Positions 8,751 to 17,219 are shown, numbered from the stretch's first letter. The stretch: 20,000 nucleotides of DNA from an uncultured virus (IMG/VR IMGVR_UViG_3300021962_000081) (IMGVR_UViG_3300021962_000081), one strand, 5' to 3'. Made by a program: numbers and translations. The notes: a model not told the origin generated them from the letters alone.

Positions 8751-9182
8751 ATGAAAAAAAGATCAACTAATCCAAGAATGGCTATGATGATGGGACGTGC
8801 AATGAGACGACCAGCACTAGCTGTAAACCCAGCAGTAGCTAGACCAGCTATCAATCCAATGGCTGCTATGGCTGCTGCACCAACAATGAAAAAAGGCGGG
8901 AAACTTAAACCTGTAGAAACAAGTAAGAATCCTGGACTATCAAAATTACCAACGGAGGTTAGAAATAAAATGGGCTACATGAAAAATGGCGGTATGGCAA
9001 AAGGATGTGCAACAAAATCAGATGCAAAAATGATCGCTAAAAAAGAAGTTAAAGGTCATGAAAAATCTATGCATAAAATGAAATCAGGCGGCAAATGCTA
9101 CGCTTCTGGTGGTAAGGCATCTCAATTAGCAAAAGCTAACGGTATTGCTGTTAAAGGCAAATCCAAAGGAAGGATTATTTAA
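8751..9182 (+). CDS. Basic Lys/Met/Gly-rich hypothetical protein (143 aa)
   Basis: SD TAAGGA. Four hydrophobic-x-x-GG motifs; C-terminus ANGIAVKGKSKGRII. Confidence 0.72.
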   Translation: MKKRSTNPRMAMMMGRAMRRPALAVNPAVARPAINPMAAMAAAPTMKKGGKLKPVETSKNPGLSKLPTEVRNKMGYMKNGGMAKGCATKSDAKMIAKKEVKGHEKSMHKMKSGGKCYASGGKASQLAKANGIAVKGKSKGRII

Positions 9183-9184
9183 TC

Positions 9185-9469
9185 ATGGCTGTTATTGAAA
9201 AAATTAAGAAGTTTGTTAAAGACATTACTCCTCCTTCTGGTGAACAAAAAGCTAAGATTGAAGAAAAGCAAATGAAGGTTGAAGAAATGAAAGACCCTCA
9301 AGCTGCTCAAAAAAATAAAGCTATGTATGATGTAAGCACAGAAGTTAAAAAGTTTGATGACAATTACAAACGTGGTGGCAAAACTAAATGCATGGCTAAA
9401 GGTGGTTCAGCATCAGCTCGTGCAGACGGTATTGCTATTCGTGGCAAAACTAAAGGAAAAATCTGCTAA
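9185..9469 (+). CDS. Basic hypothetical protein (94 aa)
   Basis: SD AAGGA. Contains YKRGG and MAKGG; C-terminus ADGIAIRGKTKGKIC is paralogous to the upstream gene's C-terminus. Confidence 0.72.
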   Translation: MAVIEKIKKFVKDITPPSGEQKAKIEEKQMKVEEMKDPQAAQKNKAMYDVSTEVKKFDDNYKRGGKTKCMAKGGSASARADGIAIRGKTKGKIC

Positions 9470-9717
9470 TGAGAGCCTCTCGTGGTATGGGTGATATTGC
9501 TCCATCTAAAATGCCTAAGGGTAAAAAGAAAGCCCGTAGAGATGATACGGACTTTACCCAATATGCCAAAGGTGGCAAGGTTGGTTTGTATGAAAATATT
9601 CATAGAAAACGTCAACGTATAGCTGCTGGCTCTGGTGAAAAGATGAGAAAGCCTGGATCTAAAGGCGCACCGACAGCAAAACAATTTAAACAAGCTGCTA
9701 AAACAGCTAAGAAATAA
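9469..9717 (+). CDS. Basic hypothetical protein (82 aa)
   Basis: TAATG overlap with the previous gene. MRASRGMG...YAKGG, then GLYENIHRKRQRI...GAPTAKQFKQAAKTAKK. Confidence 0.72.
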   Translation: MRASRGMGDIAPSKMPKGKKKARRDDTDFTQYAKGGKVGLYENIHRKRQRIAAGSGEKMRKPGSKGAPTAKQFKQAAKTAKK

Positions 9718-9725
9718 GGAATTAT

Positions 9726-9791
9726 ATGATTAAGAAATTTGCGCAAAAAATCCTCAAAAAACTTAAGAAATTGCGTATTTTGCAAAAGTAA
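9726..9791 (+). CDS. Uncalled 21-aa cationic amphipathic peptide, MIKKFAQKILKKLKKLRILQK
   Basis: Translated manually. SD TAAGGA at 9715-9720, 5 nt before the ATG. Fills nearly all of the 9718-9798 gap. Confidence 0.55.
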   Translation: MIKKFAQKILKKLKKLRILQK

Positions 9792-9798
9792 ATAGATC

Positions 9799-10746
9799 AT
9801 GGCCACCACTACAGGTACCAGCTTATTTAATCTAAACATGAATGACCTCATTGAAGAGGCATTTGAACGTTGTGGATTAGAATTAAGAACTGGTTATGAT
9901 TTTAGAACTGCCAGACGAAGCCTTAATCTATTAACGATTGAGTGGGCTAATCGTGGTATTAACCTTTGGACAATTGAAGAAGGTCAAATACCTATGGCTA
10001 CAGGTCAGATTACATACGCTCTTCCAGTAGATACTATTGACTTACTAAGCATGGTAACTAGAACAGGTAATGGTGGACCAAATCAACAAGATATTAACAT
10101 CAATCGTATATCAGAAGATACTTATTCAACTATTCCTAATAAGTTGGCTACTGGTCGTCCTATCCAAGTATGGATCAATAGACAAACTGGGATGTCTAAT
10201 GTAACCACTGTATATTTAGCTGCGTCTATTAGCGCTACAGATACAACCATCACATTAAGTGATGTATCTGCTATTGCATCAGCTGGATTTATTCAGATTG
10301 ATAATGAAATTATTTACTATCCTAATGTAGATACAGCTAACAATCAATTATTGAATTGTGCTCGTGGTCAAAATAATACAACTGCTGTATTTCATATAGC
10401 AACCACAAGCCCACGTAATTACATTACAGTGCAAAACTTACCAAGCATTAATGTATGGCCTACACCTAACTCTCCTGGTGATCAATATACATTTGTATAC
10501 TGGAGAATGCGTAGAGTTCAAGATGCTGGCACGGGTACTACTATAAATGATATTCCATTTAGATTCTTGCCATGCATGGTTGCTGGATTAGCTTATTATT
10601 TAGCAATTAAGTCACCAGCAGTAGATCCAAATAGAGTAGCATTCTTACAATCAGATTATGAAAAACAATGGGATCTAGCATCTCAAGAGGACAGAGAAAA
10701 GGCACCGATTAGATTTGTGCCTAGAAATATGTCTTATATAAGGTAA
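9799..10746 (+). CDS. Putative head-tail adaptor / tail tubular (neck) protein (315 aa)
   Basis: DLIEEAFERCG...ARRSLNLL...EWANRG.NLW and a C-terminal IPFRFLPCMVAGLAYYLA helical motif typical of phage adaptor proteins. Positioned between head and tail genes. Confidence 0.6.
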   Translation: MATTTGTSLFNLNMNDLIEEAFERCGLELRTGYDFRTARRSLNLLTIEWANRGINLWTIEEGQIPMATGQITYALPVDTIDLLSMVTRTGNGGPNQQDININRISEDTYSTIPNKLATGRPIQVWINRQTGMSNVTTVYLAASISATDTTITLSDVSAIASAGFIQIDNEIIYYPNVDTANNQLLNCARGQNNTTAVFHIATTSPRNYITVQNLPSINVWPTPNSPGDQYTFVYWRMRRVQDAGTGTTINDIPFRFLPCMVAGLAYYLAIKSPAVDPNRVAFLQSDYEKQWDLASQEDREKAPIRFVPRNMSYIR

Positions 10747-10749
10747 ATT

Positions 10750-11178
10750 ATGGCTACCAAGTATTCTAGTGGTAAACGCTCAATTGCCGAATGTGACCGA
10801 TGTGGTCAACGTTATAAGCTTAAAGAATTAAGAAAGCTTATACTTAAAACAAAACAAATTAGTATCAAGGTATGCCCAGAGTGCTGGGAACCAGATCAAC
10901 CACAGTTGTTACTTGGTATGTATCCTGTGAATGATCCACAAGCAGTTCGTGAACCAAGACCAGATGTATCTTATCAAGTATCTGGCAATACTGGATTGCA
11001 GATTGGACAAAACAATTCCTACAGTATTCAAGATAATGGATATCCACAAGATGGTAGCCGTCAGATTGAATGGGGTTGGAATCCTGTTGGTGGAGCAAGT
11101 TCATTTGATACTTTATTAACGCCTAACCACCTTATAAGTAATGTTATAATAGGCGATGTAACGATTGTCACAACTTAA
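10750..11178 (+). CDS. Zinc-ribbon protein (142 aa)
   Basis: CDRC and CPEC pairs, followed by DQPQL and DPQAVREPRPD. Confidence 0.7.
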   Translation: MATKYSSGKRSIAECDRCGQRYKLKELRKLILKTKQISIKVCPECWEPDQPQLLLGMYPVNDPQAVREPRPDVSYQVSGNTGLQIGQNNSYSIQDNGYPQDGSRQIEWGWNPVGGASSFDTLLTPNHLISNVIIGDVTIVTT

Positions 11179-11192
11179 TTAGGAGAAACAAA

Positions 11193-11387
11193 ATGGCATA
11201 CAAAAAAGCAGCTGATGGTATTACCAAAACAGGTAAAACTAAAGGCAAAAATCTAGGTGATTCAGGACCTACAGTTGGTATTCAATCTGGAAAAGGTTCA
11301 AAAGGAGCTTCTACAGTAACTTCATTATCTATGAAGAAACTTGGACGCAATTTAGCAAGAGCAATGAATCAAAAAAAAGGTAAATAA
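11193..11387 (+). CDS. Basic hypothetical protein (64 aa)
   Basis: SD AGGAGA. N-terminal ADGITKTGKTKG motif shared with the 8751 and 9185 proteins; contains MKKLGRNLARAMNQ. Confidence 0.72.
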   Translation: MAYKKAADGITKTGKTKGKNLGDSGPTVGIQSGKGSKGASTVTSLSMKKLGRNLARAMNQKKGK

Positions 11388-11389
11388 TC

Positions 11390-11722
11390 ATGACTAAAGA
11401 ACGCAAAGTTCCAGTGTCACCAGCAGAAGCTTATCCTTTAGGTCACGCTAAAGAGAATAAAGACGCTAGTGCATATACTGGATTTAAATATCCTTCTGGT
11501 GGTGGTAATGATATTGGTGTTTACAAACAACCAATGATGAATCCTAACGGCACAGAACATGAATCAGTAGCTATGGCTGGTAACGGCATAAGCAAAATGA
11601 ATATGTCTGTGGGTGGTGTTAGTAAAGGTAATTACGCAGAAGTAAACCCATACGGTGTTAAAGAAATGCGTGGTTATGGTGCAGCTACTAAAGGTCGTAA
11701 GATTAGCGGCAAACAAGGCTAA
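11390..11722 (+). CDS. Hypothetical protein (110 aa) with basic C-terminus
   Basis: Follows the previous stop by 2 nt. C-terminal MRGYGAATKG motif. Confidence 0.68.
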   Translation: MTKERKVPVSPAEAYPLGHAKENKDASAYTGFKYPSGGGNDIGVYKQPMMNPNGTEHESVAMAGNGISKMNMSVGGVSKGNYAEVNPYGVKEMRGYGAATKGRKISGKQG

Positions 11723-11724
11723 TA

Positions 11725-12645
11725 ATGAATTACGTTCAACTGTATCAAGCGATTCAGGATTATGCAGAAACTACAGAAACACTTTTTGTAGCTAATATTC
11801 CTACGTTTGTTCAAGAAGCTGAAGAACGTATTTATAATTCAGTTCAAATTCCTGCATTACGTAAAAACGTAACAGGTACTTTGACAGCAAGTAATAAATA
11901 CTTATCACTTCCAAACGACTGGTTATCTACATATTCCCTAGCTATTATTAAAGCAGATGGAACGTATGAATATCTTTTAAACAAAGATGTAAACTATATT
12001 AGACAAGCTTTTCCAAGCCCAACAGATACAGGTACACCAACACATTACGCATTATTTGGATCTCAATATACTGCTACTAATGAGCTATCTTTAATATTAG
12101 GCCCAACACCTGATGCTAGTTATAATGCTGAATTGCATTATTTCTACTATCCACCTACCATTGTACAAGGTCAAATTAATTTAATTGCCTCTACAACTTT
12201 AGGTTCGTTATATGTACCTGGTGTTTACAAAGAAGTTCCATTAACAGGCGGATCAGGATCTGGTGCTACAGCTACTATTGTAATTAACTCATCTGGTTCA
12301 GTAAGCTCAATTACATTAAATGATGGTGGTCAGTTCTATGTAGTAGGGAATATATTAAGTGCTGCTACATCAAGCTTAGGTGGTTCTGGCTCTGGTTTTA
12401 CAGCTACTGTAACTGGTATATCTAATACAACTGGAACTTCATGGTTAGGTGATAACTATGACCCAGTATTGTTTTATGGTTCAATGCGTGAAGCTATGAT
12501 CTTCCAAAAACAAGAACCTGATATTATTAAAAACTACGAAGATAAATATCAAGAAGCTATGCAACAACTTAAACGTCTTGGTGATGGCCTTGAAAGAGGT
12601 GATGCTTACCGTGATGGCCAGACTAAGCTTAGGGTTAATTCATGA
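11725..12645 (+). CDS. Putative head-tail adaptor/neck protein with Gly/Ser-rich insertion (306 aa)
   Basis: N-terminus MNYVQLYQAIQDY...IPTFVQEAEERI, then LGPTPD..Y..ELHY and WLGDNYDPVLFYGSM, a pattern typical of phage adaptor-type proteins. Confidence 0.6.
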   Translation: MNYVQLYQAIQDYAETTETLFVANIPTFVQEAEERIYNSVQIPALRKNVTGTLTASNKYLSLPNDWLSTYSLAIIKADGTYEYLLNKDVNYIRQAFPSPTDTGTPTHYALFGSQYTATNELSLILGPTPDASYNAELHYFYYPPTIVQGQINLIASTTLGSLYVPGVYKEVPLTGGSGSGATATIVINSSGSVSSITLNDGGQFYVVGNILSAATSSLGGSGSGFTATVTGISNTTGTSWLGDNYDPVLFYGSMREAMIFQKQEPDIIKNYEDKYQEAMQQLKRLGDGLERGDAYRDGQTKLRVNS

Positions 12646-13067
12646 TAGTTCAAACAGCTTGCACAGTATTTAAAGCTAATATGCTTAAAGGTCTTGAGAA
12701 CTTTAATACAGGTACGCCATATACGTACAAAATAGCCCTCTATAACGCATTAGCAGATTTAAATGATGCTACTACAGTCTATACCACAACAAATGAGGTT
12801 ACAGGCTCAGGATATACGGCTGGCGGGTCAATTTTAACCCCCACCACAATACTTTCAAACACAGAAGATAATACCGCTTATGTGTCTTTTTCTAATGTAG
12901 TTTGGAGTCCTGCAAGTTTTACTTGTAGGGGTGCTTTAGTTTATAATAGCACTACTAATGCAGCAGTCTTTGTGTTAAATTTTGGCTCTGATAAAACAGC
13001 AACAAGCAGTTTCACAGTGCAATTTCCAACGGCAAATTCAACAAGTGCCATTTTAAGAATAAGTTAA
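12642..13067 (+). CDS. Putative tail/virion structural protein (141 aa)
   Basis: ATGA overlap. Motifs KIALY, YTTTNEVTGSGYTAGG, RGALVYN and VLNFGSDKT. Confidence 0.65.
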   Translation: MIVQTACTVFKANMLKGLENFNTGTPYTYKIALYNALADLNDATTVYTTTNEVTGSGYTAGGSILTPTTILSNTEDNTAYVSFSNVVWSPASFTCRGALVYNSTTNAAVFVLNFGSDKTATSSFTVQFPTANSTSAILRIS

Positions 13068-13076
13068 GGAGTAATT

Positions 13077-13685
13077 ATGAATCAAAACGAAAAAGGTGGA
13101 TTTGGAGATAATGCTACCATCACGCTAAATGCTGGTGCTGTTGCCAATGAAACTGTAGGAATTGAAGGCGTTTATCACGTTGAATGCCGTGACGCAGCAG
13201 GTAATTTAAAATGGGAAGAATCATTTCCTAACTTAGTTAATGCTGTAGGTAAAGAACTTATGTTAGATACTTTATTAAAAGGTTCTGCATACACTGTAGT
13301 AGGCCCATACTTAGGTCTTATCTCAGGTTCATCACCAACATTTGCAGCATCAGATACAATGACATCACACGCTGGTTGGACAGAGTTTACTAACTACACA
13401 GTAGGTGGTTCAGCAGTGCGTGGTACAGCAGTATTTGCATCAGCAACTTCAACTGGTACAACACCATCTAACGTAACAACTTCAGCAGCTACTGCAATTG
13501 TTTACACTATTACAGGTGCAGGTGGTACAGTAGGTGGTTGTTTCTTAGTAACAGGTACAGGTGCTTCAAGCACACAGTCTAATACTAGTGGTACATTGTA
13601 TTCAGCAGGTGCATTTACAACAGCTAAAATTACAACAGCTGGCGATACAGTAAGCGTTACATACTCAACAACTGCAACAAGCTAA
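13077..13685 (+). CDS. Putative tail structural protein (202 aa)
   Basis: SD TAAGGAG. Motifs G.YHVECRD...KW, PNLVNAVGK, GTLYSAG.F and GDTVSVTY. Thr/Gly-rich. Confidence 0.65.
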   Translation: MNQNEKGGFGDNATITLNAGAVANETVGIEGVYHVECRDAAGNLKWEESFPNLVNAVGKELMLDTLLKGSAYTVVGPYLGLISGSSPTFAASDTMTSHAGWTEFTNYTVGGSAVRGTAVFASATSTGTTPSNVTTSAATAIVYTITGAGGTVGGCFLVTGTGASSTQSNTSGTLYSAGAFTTAKITTAGDTVSVTYSTTATS

Positions 13686-13694
13686 GGAGCTTAA

Positions 13695-16022
13695 ATGGCT
13701 CTTGTAGTCAAAGATCGGGTCCAGGAAACCTCCACGACTAGTGGTATAGGTACACTTACGCTCGCAGGAGCAGTGGCTGGTTTTCAAACCTTCTCATCAT
13801 CAATAGGTAATGGCAATACTACTTTCTATACGATCTACGATAACGTAGCTCAAGATTGGGAAGTAGGTGTTGGTACTGTAGGTGCAGGTACTTTATCTCG
13901 TGATACAGTATTATCTAACTCTCTTGGTACTACAGCTAAGATTAGTTTTGCTGGTAATGCTAAATCTGTATTTTGTACATACCCTGCAGAACAATCTGTC
14001 AATCTTAATGCATCAGGAAATGTATCTCCATTAGGAACTATTTCTTCTGGTACATGGCAAGGTACAACTGTAGGCGTTGCTTATGGTGGTACAGGTGTTA
14101 CTAGTTCAACAGGCCCTAACTCAGTTGTTTTACGTGATTCTAATTCTAATATCACAATTAACCGCCTTAACCAAGGCACACAAACGATTACTGCAGCCGC
14201 AGGTACTACAAATCTAACAGCAGCATCTCAATACAATCAAACCTTAGTAGGTACAGGTGGACAAACATTTAGATTACCTGATGCTACTACCTTAACAGAT
14301 ACTACTGCATTCCAATTCAATAACAACGCTACTGGCACACTTACTATTACAGATTATGCTGCGGCTACTGTAGGTACTGTAGCTCCAGGCGGTGCTGCAA
14401 GTATTGCATTATTAGATAATTCTACTGTTGGCGGTACATGGGACGTACATGGTTATATTCCTGAAAACGTTACTTGGGGTACAAATGCATTAGCTTTAGG
14501 CTCTACTGTTATTACTGGAGGTACATGGAATGGTGGCACAATCGGTACTGCATATGGCGGTACTGGATTAACTACATTTACAGCAGCTAATTATGCTTTA
14601 TATACAACATCTGCAAGCGCTTTAACAGCAGGTACATTACCCGTAGCTGCAGGTGGTACAAGTGCTACTACATTTACATCAAATGGTGTTTTATATGGTA
14701 ACGGTACATCTGCATTAGGTGTTACAGCAGCAGGTGCTACAGGAGAAGTTTTAGTAGGTAATACAGGATCTGCTCCATCATGGGCAACAGTATCAAGTTC
14801 TTTAGTTAGCTCATTTAGTGCAGGTACTACAGGATTTACACCAAGTATTGCTACAACAGGTGCAATTACACTTGCAGGTACTTTAGCTACTACTAACGGT
14901 GGTACAGGACTTACATCATTTACAAGCGGTGGTGCATTATATGCAACATCCTCAAGCGCTTTAACCACTGGTACACTTCCAATAGCTTCTGGTGGTACAG
15001 GACAAATATCAGCTTCTGCAGCATTTAATGCATTAAGCCCTATTACTACAACAGGTGATTTAATACTTGGTAATGGTACTAATAGTGCTACAAGATTACC
15101 TATTGGTACTAACGGATATGTATTAACATCAGATGGTACTACAGCTTCATGGCAAGCTTCTTCAGGTGGTGTATCCACATTCCAAACATCTTTAAGTGGA
15201 TTAACACCATCAACAGCCACAAGTGGTGCAATCACATTAGCAGGTACATTAGGTGCTACATCAGGCGGTACTGGACAGTCTACTTATGCTACTGGTGATA
15301 TTCTTTATGCATCAGCCACAAATACATTATCTAAATTAACAGCAGGTACTAATGGATATGTTTTAACTTTAGCTGGTGGCGTTCCTTCATGGGCAGCAAG
15401 CACTTCATCTGGTGTTTCATTTACCGTTACAGATTTTACAGCAACCGCATCTCAAACTACATTTACAGTCACCTACACAGTAGGTTTAGTAGAAGTCTTT
15501 AGAAACGGTGTTAAATTAGCAATTGCTGACTATACAGCATCTAACGGAACAACAATTGTTTTAGCAACACCTGCTAATTCAGGTGATATTATTGAAGTTG
15601 TAGCTTTTGGTGCAGTCAATACGGCAGCTGTAATCACTGCTCAAAACTTTAGTGGTACAGGATCTCAAACAGTTTATACGATGTCTGTCACCCCAGCTAA
15701 CTCAGAATCTGTTGTTGTAGCTATATCAGGTGTTGTTCAAGACCCAACCACTTATACTGTAACAGGTACAACATTAACATTCTCAACAGCGCCTCCATCA
15801 GGTACTAATAATATCTCATGTCGTTATTTAGGACTACCTACTGCAACGACAGGTACAGGGGCTGTAATTAACGCAACTAATGGTATAATTGTCAATAATC
15901 AAACTATCTCTGCTTCATATACAATTCCTGTAGGCAGTAATGCTATGAGTACAGGTCCTGTAACTGCAGCAAGTGGTGTAACTGTAACTGTTTCAGCAGG
16001 CAGTAGATATATTGTTATTTAA
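13695..16022 (+). CDS. Tail fibre protein with internal repeats (775 aa)
   Basis: SD TAAGGAG. N-terminal MALVVKDRVQETSTT...WEVGVG anchor-like domain, many GGTG-ending repeats, two C-terminal beta modules, and a terminal ISASYTIPVGSNAMSTGP...RYIVI motif. Confidence 0.8.
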   Translation: MALVVKDRVQETSTTSGIGTLTLAGAVAGFQTFSSSIGNGNTTFYTIYDNVAQDWEVGVGTVGAGTLSRDTVLSNSLGTTAKISFAGNAKSVFCTYPAEQSVNLNASGNVSPLGTISSGTWQGTTVGVAYGGTGVTSSTGPNSVVLRDSNSNITINRLNQGTQTITAAAGTTNLTAASQYNQTLVGTGGQTFRLPDATTLTDTTAFQFNNNATGTLTITDYAAATVGTVAPGGAASIALLDNSTVGGTWDVHGYIPENVTWGTNALALGSTVITGGTWNGGTIGTAYGGTGLTTFTAANYALYTTSASALTAGTLPVAAGGTSATTFTSNGVLYGNGTSALGVTAAGATGEVLVGNTGSAPSWATVSSSLVSSFSAGTTGFTPSIATTGAITLAGTLATTNGGTGLTSFTSGGALYATSSSALTTGTLPIASGGTGQISASAAFNALSPITTTGDLILGNGTNSATRLPIGTNGYVLTSDGTTASWQASSGGVSTFQTSLSGLTPSTATSGAITLAGTLGATSGGTGQSTYATGDILYASATNTLSKLTAGTNGYVLTLAGGVPSWAASTSSGVSFTVTDFTATASQTTFTVTYTVGLVEVFRNGVKLAIADYTASNGTTIVLATPANSGDIIEVVAFGAVNTAAVITAQNFSGTGSQTVYTMSVTPANSESVVVAISGVVQDPTTYTVTGTTLTFSTAPPSGTNNISCRYLGLPTATTGTGAVINATNGIIVNNQTISASYTIPVGSNAMSTGPVTAASGVTVTVSAGSRYIVI

Positions 16023-16031
16023 GGATAAAAA

Positions 16032-17219
16032 TTGGCATCTCAAATAAATGCAAGTAATTCTGGTTTTGGTGGCATAGTCTCTACTGGAGATTCTAGTGGC
16101 GTATTGCAGCTTCAAGCTGCGGGAACTACTGTAGCTACGCTTACATCAACTGGAATGACTGTTGCTGGGCAATTAAATCTACCTACATGGACAACAGGAA
16201 CAAGACCATCAAGCCCATCTGCGGGCACTATTGGATTTAATTCAACTACAGGTTATCCTGAATGGTATGATTCTACTAGTGCATCATGGGTACAGTTTAA
16301 TCAAAATCCTCCTTATAGTGCATCATTTTTAGTTGTTGCAGGAGGTGGAAGTGGTGGTGGTGGTGCAGGCGGTGGTGGTGGTGGAGCTGGTGGATTACTT
16401 TATTACGGAGCAGAAACCCCAAAAACCCCAAATGGATCAGCATTTACACTCACACCAGGAACAGCTTATTCTATTGTAATTGGTGCAGGTGGGGCAGCTT
16501 CAGGAACCACTACAGGTAATGCTGGATCAAATACTACTGTTTCAGTATTGTCTCTTACTGCTATTGGCGGAGGTTATGCTACTGGAGCAACATCTACACC
16601 AGTAGGAGGTAGTGGTGGTTCTGGAGGCGGTGCTGGAGGTAATAGTGCTGGTGGCGCAGGTCCTGGTGGTGGAGCTGGAACATCTGGTCAAGGATTTGCT
16701 GGCGGTAATGGATATCACTCAGGAGGTTTATTTGTTAATGGTGGCGGTGGTGGAGGTTCTAGTGCTGTAGGCGTTTCAGCTACTGTTACGAATTATCCTG
16801 GTACTTTCCCTAACGGTGGAACAGGATTACAATATTCAATTAATGGCACTGCTTTATATTGGGCTGGTGGGGGTGGTGGCGGTGGTCACTATCTTAATGC
16901 AACTGCTGGTAATGGTGGTAATGGAGGCGGTGGCGGAGGTGGTGGTAATAATAACGGTGGAACAGGTGGATCTGGATTAAATGCTGGATCAGCTGGACAA
17001 TTAAATGGTTCCGTTGCTAATGGTGGAAGTGCTGGTGCAAATACTGGTGGAGGTGGTGGTGGCGCTGGTGGAACTTCAGGAGGTACAAGCGGTGCTGGTG
17101 GTTCTGGAATTGTTATTATTTCATATCTAGGATCACAAAAAGGCTCTGGCGGTACAGTCACTTCATCTGGTGGATATACTATACACACATTTACATCAAG
17201 TGGAACATACACAGCATAA
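16032..17219 (+). CDS. Glycine-rich tail fibre/adhesin-like protein 1 (395 aa, TTG start)
   Basis: SD TAAGGA at 16020-16025, then TTG. WTTGTRPSSP...GFN motif, FLVVAGGGSGG, polyglycine tracts, GGSGIVII, ends YTA. Confidence 0.8.
   Translation: MASQINASNSGFGGIVSTGDSSGVLQLQAAGTTVATLTSTGMTVAGQLNLPTWTTGTRPSSPSAGTIGFNSTTGYPEWYDSTSASWVQFNQNPPYSASFLVVAGGGSGGGGAGGGGGGAGGLLYYGAETPKTPNGSAFTLTPGTAYSIVIGAGGAASGTTTGNAGSNTTVSVLSLTAIGGGYATGATSTPVGGSGGSGGGAGGNSAGGAGPGGGAGTSGQGFAGGNGYHSGGLFVNGGGGGGSSAVGVSATVTNYPGTFPNGGTGLQYSINGTALYWAGGGGGGGHYLNATAGNGGNGGGGGGGGNNNGGTGGSGLNAGSAGQLNGSVANGGSAGANTGGGGGGAGGTSGGTSGAGGSGIVIISYLGSQKGSGGTVTSSGGYTIHTFTSSGTYTA

Noticed and set aside
439..11119. Short alternative-frame and antisense ORFs nested in terL, portal, scaffold, MCP and other genes
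   Set aside because: They lie fully inside well-supported genes and show no recognisable motifs.
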